Under the pieces are notes generated by a model. It ran no database searches and was not told the DNA's origin. It saw only the letters and a program-made list of their open reading frames with translations. Positions 55,627-64,000 of a stretch of 64,000 nucleotides of DNA are shown here, one piece after another. The translations under genes and the position numbers were made by a program. The stretch is from a plasmid. The number at the start of each line of letters is the position of its first letter. Position 1 is the stretch's first letter. The stretch is from the sequence record NZ_CP029448.1. One strand, 5' to 3'.

Positions 55627-57384
55627 TTAGCCTGCCATTTTTGCCAGCAGAGCTGCACCCACTGGTTCTTCATTCTGCAGCGGTGTTAATGCAATACGCT
55701 CTGCAAACTGCTCTGTAACGTCATTTATCAGAGGCAGTTCGCGACTGGCTCGGGTTACGAGGAACGGTGAGGACGGTTTCGCAGCAGCCAGACTGCTATT
55801 GATTACCCATGCCCATGGTTCAATTTCAGCCCGACGCAAATCCTGCTGCAGGTTTGCTGCTTCCAGTACAGGTGTCGTTTCGGCAAGCGTCACGATAATC
55901 ACCTTCGTCTTCTCCGGGTCCTGCAATAGCATCATTGGTGTCAACAAATTGTCATGCGTTTGCCCCATCTGGCGCACCATTTCCCGGTGATAGGCTCCTG
56001 TTGCATCCAGTAGCAGAAGCGTATGACCTGTTGGGGCTGTATCCATAATGACAAAATGGTCGTCTGCTTCTTTGATGATCCGAGAGAATGCCTGGAAGAC
56101 GGCGATCTCTTCAGTGCATGGTGAGCGGAGGTCTTCCTCAAGCACCGCCAGCCCTTCTGCATCTAATCCTTTGCCCTGATTTTCCAGGACAAAGCGGCGA
56201 TAACGTTCTGTCTCTACCTTCGGGTCGATACGGCTGACCTGAAGATTGGGCAGCGAGCCATCCAGTGTGTAAGACAGATGTGCTGCCGGATCGGATGTAG
56301 TCAGGTGGACCTTATGACCACGTTTCGCCAGCGATACCGCGACTGACGCTGCAATGGTCGTTTTACCTACACCGCCTTTACCCATCGTCATGACCAGCCC
56401 ATTGCCAGTCTGGCTCAGTTCATCAACCAGTGAAGACAGTTTCGGTAAATCCAGAACATTCAACGTGGTATCAGGGAGAGCCGGTGCGGCTTTGCTCTGG
56501 GTAAATAGCTCCCGCAGGGCTTCCAGGCCGACCAGGTTAAATGGCTTCAGATACAGCTGCGAGCGGGGAAGATTAGCCAGATTATCAGGCATTGCCTGTA
56601 ATGCTTTTTCTTCCCGAACCAGAATACTTTGCGCCAGTGGGTCATCCTCACCAGCAAACGGCGGCAGCACACCATTGATGGCAAGGTGTTGATGCTGCAA
56701 ACCAATAGCAGAAAGCTCATCGTGCGTATGAGAAACCTCTTTCAGCGTTGAAGCCTGAGCTCGGGCAACCAGCACTAAGCGTGTGAGAGCTGCGTCGGAC
56801 AGCGCTTTAACCGCATCGGAGTACTGGTGCTGTTGTTTCTCAAGCCCTACCAGAGGTCCAAGGTTTGCAGCGGCATCAGGGTTCGCTTCGAGATAACCGC
56901 TCCAGGCTCCCGGCAATTCAAGCATGCGGATGGTGTGACCGGTTGGCGCGGTATCAAATACGATATGGTCATATTTTTCTCGCAGCTCATGATTGGTCAG
57001 CAGACCAGTAAACTCATCAAACGCAGCGATTTCTGTGGTGCATGAGCCGGAGAGCTGCTCTTCAATACTGCTGACCACATCGGCTGGCATCAGCCCGCGA
57101 ACCGGGTCGAGCACGCGGTCACGATAAGCCTGTGCTGCAGCCATCGGATCAACTTCCATAGCGGCAAGATTTTCTACGGTACTGATATCTGTGATTCGGT
57201 GGCCGATAGTCTGGCTAAATACCTGGCCGACATTGGAAGCCGGATCGGTACTCACCAGAAGCGTTCTCTTACCCTGATCGGCCAGCCATACCGCAGTAGC
57301 ACATGCCAGGGATGTTTTACCCACACCACCTTTGCCAGTGAAGAAGATGAACGGGGGAATGTCTTTTAAAAATGGAATATTCAT
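55627..57384 (-). CDS. arsA: second, divergent arsenite ATPase ArsA
   Basis: 585 aa. GKGGVGKTS twice and DTAPTGH twice. Clearly diverged from copy 1. Confidence 0.9.
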   Translation of the reverse strand: MNIPFLKDIPPFIFFTGKGGVGKTSLACATAVWLADQGKRTLLVSTDPASNVGQVFSQTIGHRITDISTVENLAAMEVDPMAAAQAYRDRVLDPVRGLMPADVVSSIEEQLSGSCTTEIAAFDEFTGLLTNHELREKYDHIVFDTAPTGHTIRMLELPGAWSGYLEANPDAAANLGPLVGLEKQQHQYSDAVKALSDAALTRLVLVARAQASTLKEVSHTHDELSAIGLQHQHLAINGVLPPFAGEDDPLAQSILVREEKALQAMPDNLANLPRSQLYLKPFNLVGLEALRELFTQSKAAPALPDTTLNVLDLPKLSSLVDELSQTGNGLVMTMGKGGVGKTTIAASVAVSLAKRGHKVHLTTSDPAAHLSYTLDGSLPNLQVSRIDPKVETERYRRFVLENQGKGLDAEGLAVLEEDLRSPCTEEIAVFQAFSRIIKEADDHFVIMDTAPTGHTLLLLDATGAYHREMVRQMGQTHDNLLTPMMLLQDPEKTKVIIVTLAETTPVLEAANLQQDLRRAEIEPWAWVINSSLAAAKPSSPFLVTRASRELPLINDVTEQFAERIALTPLQNEEPVGAALLAKMAG

Positions 57385-57404
57385 CAGTAATAGCTCCTCT
57401 GGAA

Positions 57405-57767
57405 TTAAGGCATGCGTGGAATGCTGCAGCAGCGTGGTTGCGTGCTGCCTTCACTCCAGTCCTGAGTAAGCGGAATACCTGACCAACGGGCGATATCTTC
57501 TCGCGTCGGGAGTTTGCCTGCCATCACGAGCTTCCCATCGAGCAAGGTGGCGGGGAGGGATTCCATTCCTGATGTGTTCAGGAACTCTTTGATGACAGGG
57601 GTATTCAGGAACTGCTGCGGGTTCTTCGCAAGGCTGTAACGCTGAATATCAACGCCATTCTTTTTCGCCCATTCGGCGCTGGCATTCCATTTGATGGCTT
57701 CGTTGCTGACCACAACGCTACTGGTTGCGCAGCAGCCTGCTGCTTCAAAGATCTCAATTTTTGACAT
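57405..57767 (-). CDS. arsD: divergent ArsD-like metallochaperone
   Basis: Aligns with ArsD (LPATLLDGKLVMAGKLPTREDIARWSGIPL). The Cys12-Cys13 pair is kept (AGCCATSS) but the Cys18 position is Ser. Confidence 0.7.
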   Translation of the reverse strand: MSKIEIFEAAGCCATSSVVVSNEAIKWNASAEWAKKNGVDIQRYSLAKNPQQFLNTPVIKEFLNTSGMESLPATLLDGKLVMAGKLPTREDIARWSGIPLTQDWSEGSTQPRCCSIPRMP

Positions 57768-57842
57768 GGACTGTTTACCTCAGTGTTTAGTCGATTGGCT
57801 TTACACTGAGGTAAACGAAGGTGGTGAGAAAAAGATGCGCGA

Positions 57843-58400
57843 TTAATTCATTTTTTTGTGGCAGCAGACGGGAGACGTGTCATCCGCCTCAATCTGACAA
57901 AGTTCTGTCATCGTTTCTTTCAGGTGCTTTCTGGCCCGAAGCAGTCGGGATTTAAACGCCGTAAGCGTGATTCCCAGCTCATCAGCCAGAGACTGCTGGG
58001 GCCGCCGGTTAAGGTCGGACTCTTCAATCAACCACCGATCATCTTCGGATAAAGCCTGTAATGTTTCAGGCAGGCAAATATCCAGCGTTGAGATAGCATC
58101 AGGGGATGCGTCTGTTAATGGGGTAACTTCTTCCAGCTCAACAAACTCCCTGGTGGTGCGGTACTCATCAATCAGCAGATTCCTCGCCGCCCGATATAGC
58201 CAGGCTCGCGGATTCTCCATCTCGCAGAAACTGTCTGAATGAGCGCGGGCACGCAGGAATAGCTCTTGCAGAAGGTCTGCTGCTTTTTCGCTATCGCCAG
58301 TCTTTGATGTCAGAAAGCGAGAGAGTTCGGCTTCATGTTGCCGCCAGAACACACTCATGCAGTTGTTGAATGCTGTTACATCACTCATTCCAGCCCTCAA
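57843..58400 (-). CDS. ECF-type sigma-70 family factor with Cys-containing C-terminal tail
   Basis: Region 2 ([16 protein letters not shown]) and region 4 ([28 protein letters not shown]). Ends ...[20 protein letters not shown]. Confidence 0.7.
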   Translation of the reverse strand: MRAGMSDVTAFNNCMSVFWRQHEAELSRFLTSKTGDSEKAADLLQELFLRARAHSDSFCEMENPRAWLYRAARNLLIDEYRTTREFVELEEVTPLTDASPDAISTLDICLPETLQALSEDDRWLIEESDLNRRPQQSLADELGITLTAFKSRLLRARKHLKETMTELCQIEADDTSPVCCHKKMN

Positions 58401-59110
58401 ATTTTGCTCTGATTAACCCGCCGGGAAAGTTCTTCTGCAGACTCTTTTCGTTCGCTGTAGCGATCAACGAGATAGGCTGAGTTACCTCGGGTCAGCAGAG
58501 TAAATTTCACCAGTTCTTCCATCACATCCACGATCCGGTCGTAATAAGACGACGGCTTCATGCGTCCATCTTCATCAAACTCCTGCCAGGCTTTTGCGAC
58601 AGAGGACTGATTCGGGATGGTGATCATCCGCATCCAGCGGCCAAGAATGCGCATCTGGTTTACGGCATTGAAAGACTGAGAGCCACCGCAGACCTGCATA
58701 ACGGCCAGTGTCTTACCCTGTGAAGGGCGAACTGCACCTTCTGATAACGGTATCCAGTCAATCTGGGCCTTCATGATCCCGGTCATCGCACCATGGCGTT
58801 CAGGGGAACACCACACCATCCCTTCGGACCAACGGACCAGCTCGCGCAGTTCCATGACTTTAGGATGCGAGTCAGGCGCATCGTCAGGAAGAGGCAAGCC
58901 AGATGGATTGAAGATCCGCACCTCTGCGCCCATGGCAGTCAGCAACCTTGCTGCTTCCTCTGTTGCCAGTCGACTGTATGAGCATTCACGTACAGAGCCA
59001 TACAGCATCAGGATACGGGGAGGATGGGGAATTGCAGGTACGTGGAATTTTGCCTCTGTGATGGAGGTATCGAACAGGCCTGCATCAACATTCTTAAGTT
59101 CAGTGGGCAT
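58397..59110 (-). CDS. arsH: ArsH NADPH-dependent FMN reductase
   Basis: [18 protein letters not shown]... is a typical ArsH N-terminus. 4-bp overlap with the sigma gene. Confidence 0.85.
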   Translation of the reverse strand: MPTELKNVDAGLFDTSITEAKFHVPAIPHPPRILMLYGSVRECSYSRLATEEAARLLTAMGAEVRIFNPSGLPLPDDAPDSHPKVMELRELVRWSEGMVWCSPERHGAMTGIMKAQIDWIPLSEGAVRPSQGKTLAVMQVCGGSQSFNAVNQMRILGRWMRMITIPNQSSVAKAWQEFDEDGRMKPSSYYDRIVDVMEELVKFTLLTRGNSAYLVDRYSERKESAEELSRRVNQSKI

Positions 59111-59111
59111 A

Positions 59112-59435
59112 TTATTCTCCGACGTCGTTATTGGTATTGTGCAGTCCATCTGCGCCTGTGCAACATTCTTCCGTCAGAAAGGCAATCAGCGCACTAAGTT
59201 TTTCATAGCAGGCATGGCAATACAGAGTTCTTCCCTGACGTTCCTGACGAACCAGCGATACTGATATCAGGGATGAAATATGATGACTCAGTGTCGATGC
59301 TGGGATCTCAAGTTGCTTCTGTAGATCGCCCACGGGCAGGCCCTGAGGCCCTGCTTTGACCAATTTTTTGTAAATCCCTAGCCTTGTAGCATGCCCAAGT
59401 TCTTTCAGCACCGTCGACGCACTGATAAGTTCCAT
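59112..59435 (-). CDS. arsR: second ArsR/SmtB-family repressor
   Basis: [16 protein letters not shown]. Cys residues at the C-terminal end (CHACY...EECC), a different arrangement from copy 1. Confidence 0.75.
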   Translation of the reverse strand: MELISASTVLKELGHATRLGIYKKLVKAGPQGLPVGDLQKQLEIPASTLSHHISSLISVSLVRQERQGRTLYCHACYEKLSALIAFLTEECCTGADGLHNTNNDVGE

Positions 59436-59734
59436 ACTCGTTCTCACAATCAATGATTCTATATTTCCAGAATAATGGAAATGTTTTTTTCTTTCAACCT
59501 ACAATCTGTCTGGTTGGGGAGTTGTTGAGAGCGGCTAAGTAATCGTTGCGAGCCATCATGTTTGTAGGACTAATGTGATGGATGGATTAACCTCCTTCCT
59601 TTGTCTAACGCTGCTTTTAGCGCAAAGTGAACTTCAGAACTTCGCATACCAAAGAAGATAAATAATTGTATAGCGTTTGCTATACATGAATATTATGCTA
59701 TCTTTGTAAAGCAAATGCTATACAGAGGTGTCTC

Positions 59735-60474
<740 letters not shown>

Positions 60475-60675
60475 AACGCGAAGACTATAACGCTCAAAGC
60501 GCCAGGAGCGAGAATCGGATGGTCCGTCTAATGTTAATTCAGTAGAAACGCTTCACGAAAGAAGATGACGAACAGTTATTGATGAGACTGTAAGGCGAAA
60601 GGAAAGAAGCGGCGGGATGGATAATTTGAGCACGGAATACTCTATTTAGCGTTAGCTGGAAACAAAAAAGAGCCC

Positions 60676-60909
60676 ATGTATTCAATGGACTCTTTCTCTG
60701 ATGCCTCGGTTAATCTGTCCAACTTTTTGGGTTCAGTACACCACGAGGCCACCTGTATGCCTAGACAACATCAGGATAGCCTCTTAGATGCCGCAAGGCA
60801 AGGAGAAGAAGGCCATGAAACTGCCGCGAAACACTCTGCTCGGGTGCGTATTAATAGTGTGTCTCACACTGCTGATATTCACTTATCTGACCCGGAAATC
60901 ACTCTGTGA
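60676..60909 (+). CDS. mok: Mok (modulation of hok killing)
   Basis: Reading frame overlapping hok in the characteristic arrangement. Confidence 0.55.
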   Translation: MYSMDSFSDASVNLSNFLGSVHHEATCMPRQHQDSLLDAARQGEEGHETAAKHSARVRINSVSHTADIHLSDPEITL

Positions 60910-60973
60910 AATCCGGTACAGGGACACGAACAGGGAGGTGGCGGCTTTTATGGCTTACGAATCCGCTAAGTAG
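60815..60973 (+). CDS. hok: Hok-family type I toxin
   Basis: [52 protein letters not shown]. Confidence 0.9.
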   Translation: MKLPRNTLLGCVLIVCLTLLIFTYLTRKSLCEIRYRDTNREVAAFMAYESAK

Positions 60974-61084
60974 CTAACCCCGGCGGAGGGAAACCTCCGC
61001 CACTCAGGGGCTGAAATTGTCTGGACATACCTGAAGCGCCTTTATGAAGGGGTTGCCGGTTCGCCGGTAGCCCCTTTTTCCTTT

Positions 61085-61510
61085 CAGTTAATAACATCTG
61101 GCCACCTTCGGCTCCCGGTCGCTCCGCGTCCAGTCGTCGAGCCACACTCCGCTAACCGCGAAATGATGCGGTAAGCTCCGCCGAACCCGCGGGGCGGTTT
61201 CGGGCCATTCGGCTAGTGTCTGATGGCTGACGTCAACGGCGCGCTTGCTGCGTCCGTTCCGGTCGCGCCGCTTTCACCGTGCCGGCGATAAAGCTGCCGG
61301 CACTCTGATGGCGCCACGCCGTTCCGTCGTGTCGGGTGTGTTCATTCTCATCCCTTCCCCTGGTGAGTCATCTCTCGTCCGTTCCCCGGCGGAGGGCTGG
61401 TCGTAGCACCGTCGCGTCGTCATCCAAGAGGTAAATGAACTCCGCCAAAAACTTTTTGCATCGGACCGCAAAAACTTTTTGTCTCCGCCCCTTTCCTTCC
61501 TCCTTGCGAC
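61085..61510 (+). promoter_or_regulatory. Frpo/ssi-like leading-region single-strand promoter element (copy 2)
   Basis: Shares GGCCACCTTCGGCTCC...GTCGTCGAGCCACACTCCGCTAACCGCGAAA...GCGGTAAGCTCCGCCGAACCCGC...GGTTTCGGGCC...GGCTAGTGTCTGATG and AAAAACTTTTTGCAT.GGACCGCAAAAACTTTTTGT with 43800-44250. Confidence 0.55.
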
Positions 61511-61584
61511 GTCGCTCCTTTGCCCTTTGCCGCCAGGGAACTCACCGAGAGATGGATTAACCACCAGACAAGAGGAAAAGCAGA

Positions 61585-61803
61585 ATGAACACACACAACG
61601 TCAACGTCAAAACCGCCACCAAAGAATCTTCCGAAAGATGGGTTATGGCCTGCCCGGAACCGATCGCAGCAAAGGTGCTGGCATTTCACGGACAGAGCGC
61701 CAGCTATGCATTTAATGTCCTGGCTGATTTGAAAGCTGTCGGTGCGTCATATGCACGACGAAACATTATCGCAGATATGTTTCGTCGTTTAGGTGTGAAG
61801 TAA
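61585..61803 (+). CDS. hypothetical leading-region protein
   Basis: 72-aa ORF just downstream of the Frpo-like element. Confidence 0.35.
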   Translation: MNTHNVNVKTATKESSERWVMACPEPIAAKVLAFHGQSASYAFNVLADLKAVGASYARRNIIADMFRRLGVK

Positions 61804-61823
61804 CCCACTGAAGGAGAACTGTT

Positions 61824-62147
61824 ATGGACCGTCGAAATATGAACCTCCGCACTGACGGCTTTGTGCGCAACATTCACTCCCGTAACCCGTTCGATGTTAT
61901 CCGCGCCGATGTGGTGCTGGCACGTATCGAGAAAGAGGCGGGGCGCTGCTGCGGTATGCACTTCGAACTGTATCAGGCGCGTGTGCTGGGCGATGCGCTG
62001 GATTATCTGGACGCCCTGCCGCTGAAAGACCGCCCTGTACTCATGGGCGCGGCGGCAAAGCGTGGTTACATCCTGACGTTTTCGGAAGAAGAGCACGCGC
62101 TGGAAGCAAAAGATGTGCTGATGAGCGAACTGGCGGCAAACGAATAA
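61824..62147 (+). CDS. hypothetical leading-region protein
   Basis: 107-aa ORF, RBS GAAGGAG upstream. Confidence 0.4.
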   Translation: MDRRNMNLRTDGFVRNIHSRNPFDVIRADVVLARIEKEAGRCCGMHFELYQARVLGDALDYLDALPLKDRPVLMGAAAKRGYILTFSEEEHALEAKDVLMSELAANE

Positions 62148-62199
62148 ATAAGCACGGGGGCGGCGTGCTGCTGCCTCCCTTAACCCGAAGGAGAAAAAT

Positions 62200-62547
62200 A
62201 TGTACTTACACCTGACTGAATCTTCCGCCGTTCCGGGAATGCAGGCTACTGCTGAAGCGGAACGCGAATACTGGCTGAGTCGCCAGAAAACGGCGGTAAA
62301 AGCCCCCGCTGAAATAGACGTCCACGCCTTCCATGATGCGCTGGGCCTGATGTACCCGCTCAACTGGTCAACGAGCGAAAGCGGCAGCTGGGAGACGTTC
62401 ATGCTGCAGGAAATGGTCTGCGGGGACGTGACAGAGATTTACGCCCGCTACGGAGCCAGATATTACCGGCTGCGGGATGTGTGCAACCTGAGCCATGAGC
62501 AGATAAAGACGCGCATTAAGGAGGCACTGAAACTGGCCCAGAAATGA
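62200..62547 (+). CDS. hypothetical leading-region protein
   Basis: 115-aa ORF, RBS GAAGGAG upstream. Confidence 0.4.
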   Translation: MYLHLTESSAVPGMQATAEAEREYWLSRQKTAVKAPAEIDVHAFHDALGLMYPLNWSTSESGSWETFMLQEMVCGDVTEIYARYGARYYRLRDVCNLSHEQIKTRIKEALKLAQK

Positions 62548-62640
62548 AAAAAGCAGGCTTTCGCCTGCTCATTCAACGCCGGATACCTACCCGCAAAAGT
62601 GCGTATCCGGCTTCATCAAAAACCACATGGAGATAACACC

Positions 62641-62787
62641 ATGAAATTTGACCCTCAAATCGTCGCACAGGCGAACGAGTTTGTAAATGCCTTACGCAGT
62701 GGTAAGCGTGCCCACGTCCCCGCTATGCGTCTGGAATACTGGCAGCAGTTCATGGCCACGGTATACGCCGGCCTCGGTCTGGCGTGA
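62641..62787 (+). CDS. small hypothetical protein
   Basis: 48 aa from MKFDPQIVAQANEF. Confidence 0.25.
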   Translation: MKFDPQIVAQANEFVNALRSGKRAHVPAMRLEYWQQFMATVYAGLGLA

Positions 62788-62836
62788 TGTGAAACCAGCC
62801 GCTCCGTAAGGGGCGGCTTTTTCAGGAGAAAAATTC

Positions 62837-63670
62837 ATGTCACAGCTGAGTTTTGCCGATGTGTTCAATATGGCCAGAGAGAGCGCTGACAAAAGACCGG
62901 TCACACAGGACATGCTGCAGGGGATCGAATGTGTGCCCTCTGTGCAGAAGATGATGAGTGCGCACTATAGCCGGAGCCGTTTCATCAGCGTGTTTAAATC
63001 CACGGGCCGCCATCTGGGGCGCTGGGAAGTGTTCAGTGACTTTTTGTCACTCGCTGCCAGTGAACTGGATATCGCCCGGATAAGAACGCCGGAGAGCATG
63101 GAGCACTGCCGGAAAATCAGTGCGCGATACGAGGCGTCAGATATCGCGAATATGCAGGAGATGTTTTGCCTGATGGTGTGTGCGCTGGAGGCAAAATTCC
63201 ATGATTTCCTCGGTGCCATTTTCATGGAGCTTGAGCTGGGCGATAACTTCCGCGGGCAGTATTTTACCCCTTATTCGGTCCAGTGCCTGATGGCGCGGAT
63301 GCTGATGCCGGGTGTCAGGGACACTATCCGCCGGGAAGGCATTGCTACCGTCAGCGACCCGGCCTGCGGGGCTGCCGGGATGCTTATTGCGTATGCGGAG
63401 TGTCTGCTTGAGGCGGATATCAATCCTTCCATGCACATGTTTGGCAGTTGCATCGATATCGACCCGGTGGCGGCAGATATGGCCTTCATCCAGCTGTCAC
63501 TGCTGGGGATTGCGGCGGAAGTGGTGACGGGTAACACGTTAACAATGAAGTTTAACAGGGTAAGGTATACCCCGGTTTATTACTTCAATGACTTTGAAAA
63601 ACGGCTGGCAGACCTGGGCCGGTTCAGGGCGATGCGGGACTTTTTGCGCGGAATACCGGAGGCCGCGTAA
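62837..63670 (+). CDS. orphan N6-adenine DNA methyltransferase (leading-region type)
   Basis: GQYFTPYSV motif and SAM-binding DPACGAAGML. No cognate restriction gene nearby. Confidence 0.65.
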   Translation: MSQLSFADVFNMARESADKRPVTQDMLQGIECVPSVQKMMSAHYSRSRFISVFKSTGRHLGRWEVFSDFLSLAASELDIARIRTPESMEHCRKISARYEASDIANMQEMFCLMVCALEAKFHDFLGAIFMELELGDNFRGQYFTPYSVQCLMARMLMPGVRDTIRREGIATVSDPACGAAGMLIAYAECLLEADINPSMHMFGSCIDIDPVAADMAFIQLSLLGIAAEVVTGNTLTMKFNRVRYTPVYYFNDFEKRLADLGRFRAMRDFLRGIPEAA

Positions 63671-64000
63671 ATAACCAGAAGGGCAGGGGATAACCTGCCC
63701 GACTGCGGGAAAAGGCCGCGCACCTGCGGTGCAGAATAATACCGGCTGCGCTACGCGCCGCCCGTATTACTCCGGCGCGGGCTTGTCTCACCATTATTAT
63801 TTGTTCAGGTCAGTTATATCTCATCCGGTATCGTGCTGTTTATCTCTTCCGGTATTTATCCTTTATGGTGAATAAAATGAATACCGGTTCGGGCGTCGTC
63901 CCGGAGGGACACGGCTGTCGTGAACAGAGCCAGCAAGCTGTCTCTGCCCTGTCGGGCTTCCATCCTGACGCAAATTCAAATTCGCGCTTGCTGCATCCTT

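Noticed and set aside
63877-64000. ORF beginning MNTGSGVVPEGHGCREQSQQAV... running off the window end.
   Set aside because: It is only about 40 codons visible, with no recognisable motif. It cannot be assessed.

Overview
This 64 kb window reads as an accessory-rich segment of a large IncF-type (RepFIB) enterobacterial plasmid, probably Klebsiella-like. From left to right it contains:

- Genes typical of ter-linked clusters: a HpcH/HpaI aldolase-like gene, a DUF4236 gene, an HTH gene and a LuxR gene.
- An IS3-family (IS407-like) element at 3664-4884 and a low-GC CDF transporter plus cytochrome b562-like pair.
- A canonical IS5 copy and two degenerate, inverted IS5-family (ISKpn26-like) remnants that bracket two things:
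  - a 7.4 kb Tn3-family transposon with perfect 38-bp inverted repeats (9815-9852 and 17208-17245, two mismatches between them) and a 5-bp AGTGT target-site duplication, whose cargo is an AT-rich Sir2-HerA anti-phage gene pair;
  - a high-GC ptxABCDE phosphite-oxidation operon (PtxD essentially as in Pseudomonas stutzeri).
- A high-GC block of unknown genes, including an RHH (DinJ-like) protein fused to internal repeats.
- An AT-rich island with a frameshifted STAND/KAP-like P-loop NTPase, next to a two-gene module with a HEPN-type Rx4H motif.
- A parD-parE remnant and a tyrosine recombinase.
- The RepFIB repA gene with flanking iterons, and sopA-sopB-sopC partitioning with 18 tandem 43-bp sopC repeats.
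- An impAB/umuDC-like operon whose perfect LexA box is directly abutted by a 1.9 kb group II intron.
- Conjugative leading-region genes (klcA, ssb, a parB-like nuclease, psiB, psiA) preceded by an Frpo-like ssDNA-promoter element.
- An IS150-like element inserted in a hok/sok leader.
- Two convergent arsenic clusters: arsRDABC, and arsR-arsH-ECF sigma-arsD-arsA-arsN1 on the opposite strand.
- tacAT, an intact mok/hok locus, a second Frpo-like element and an orphan N6-adenine DNA methyltransferase.

Many high-GC ORFs in the six-frame track are antisense artefacts of real genes and are not reported as features.
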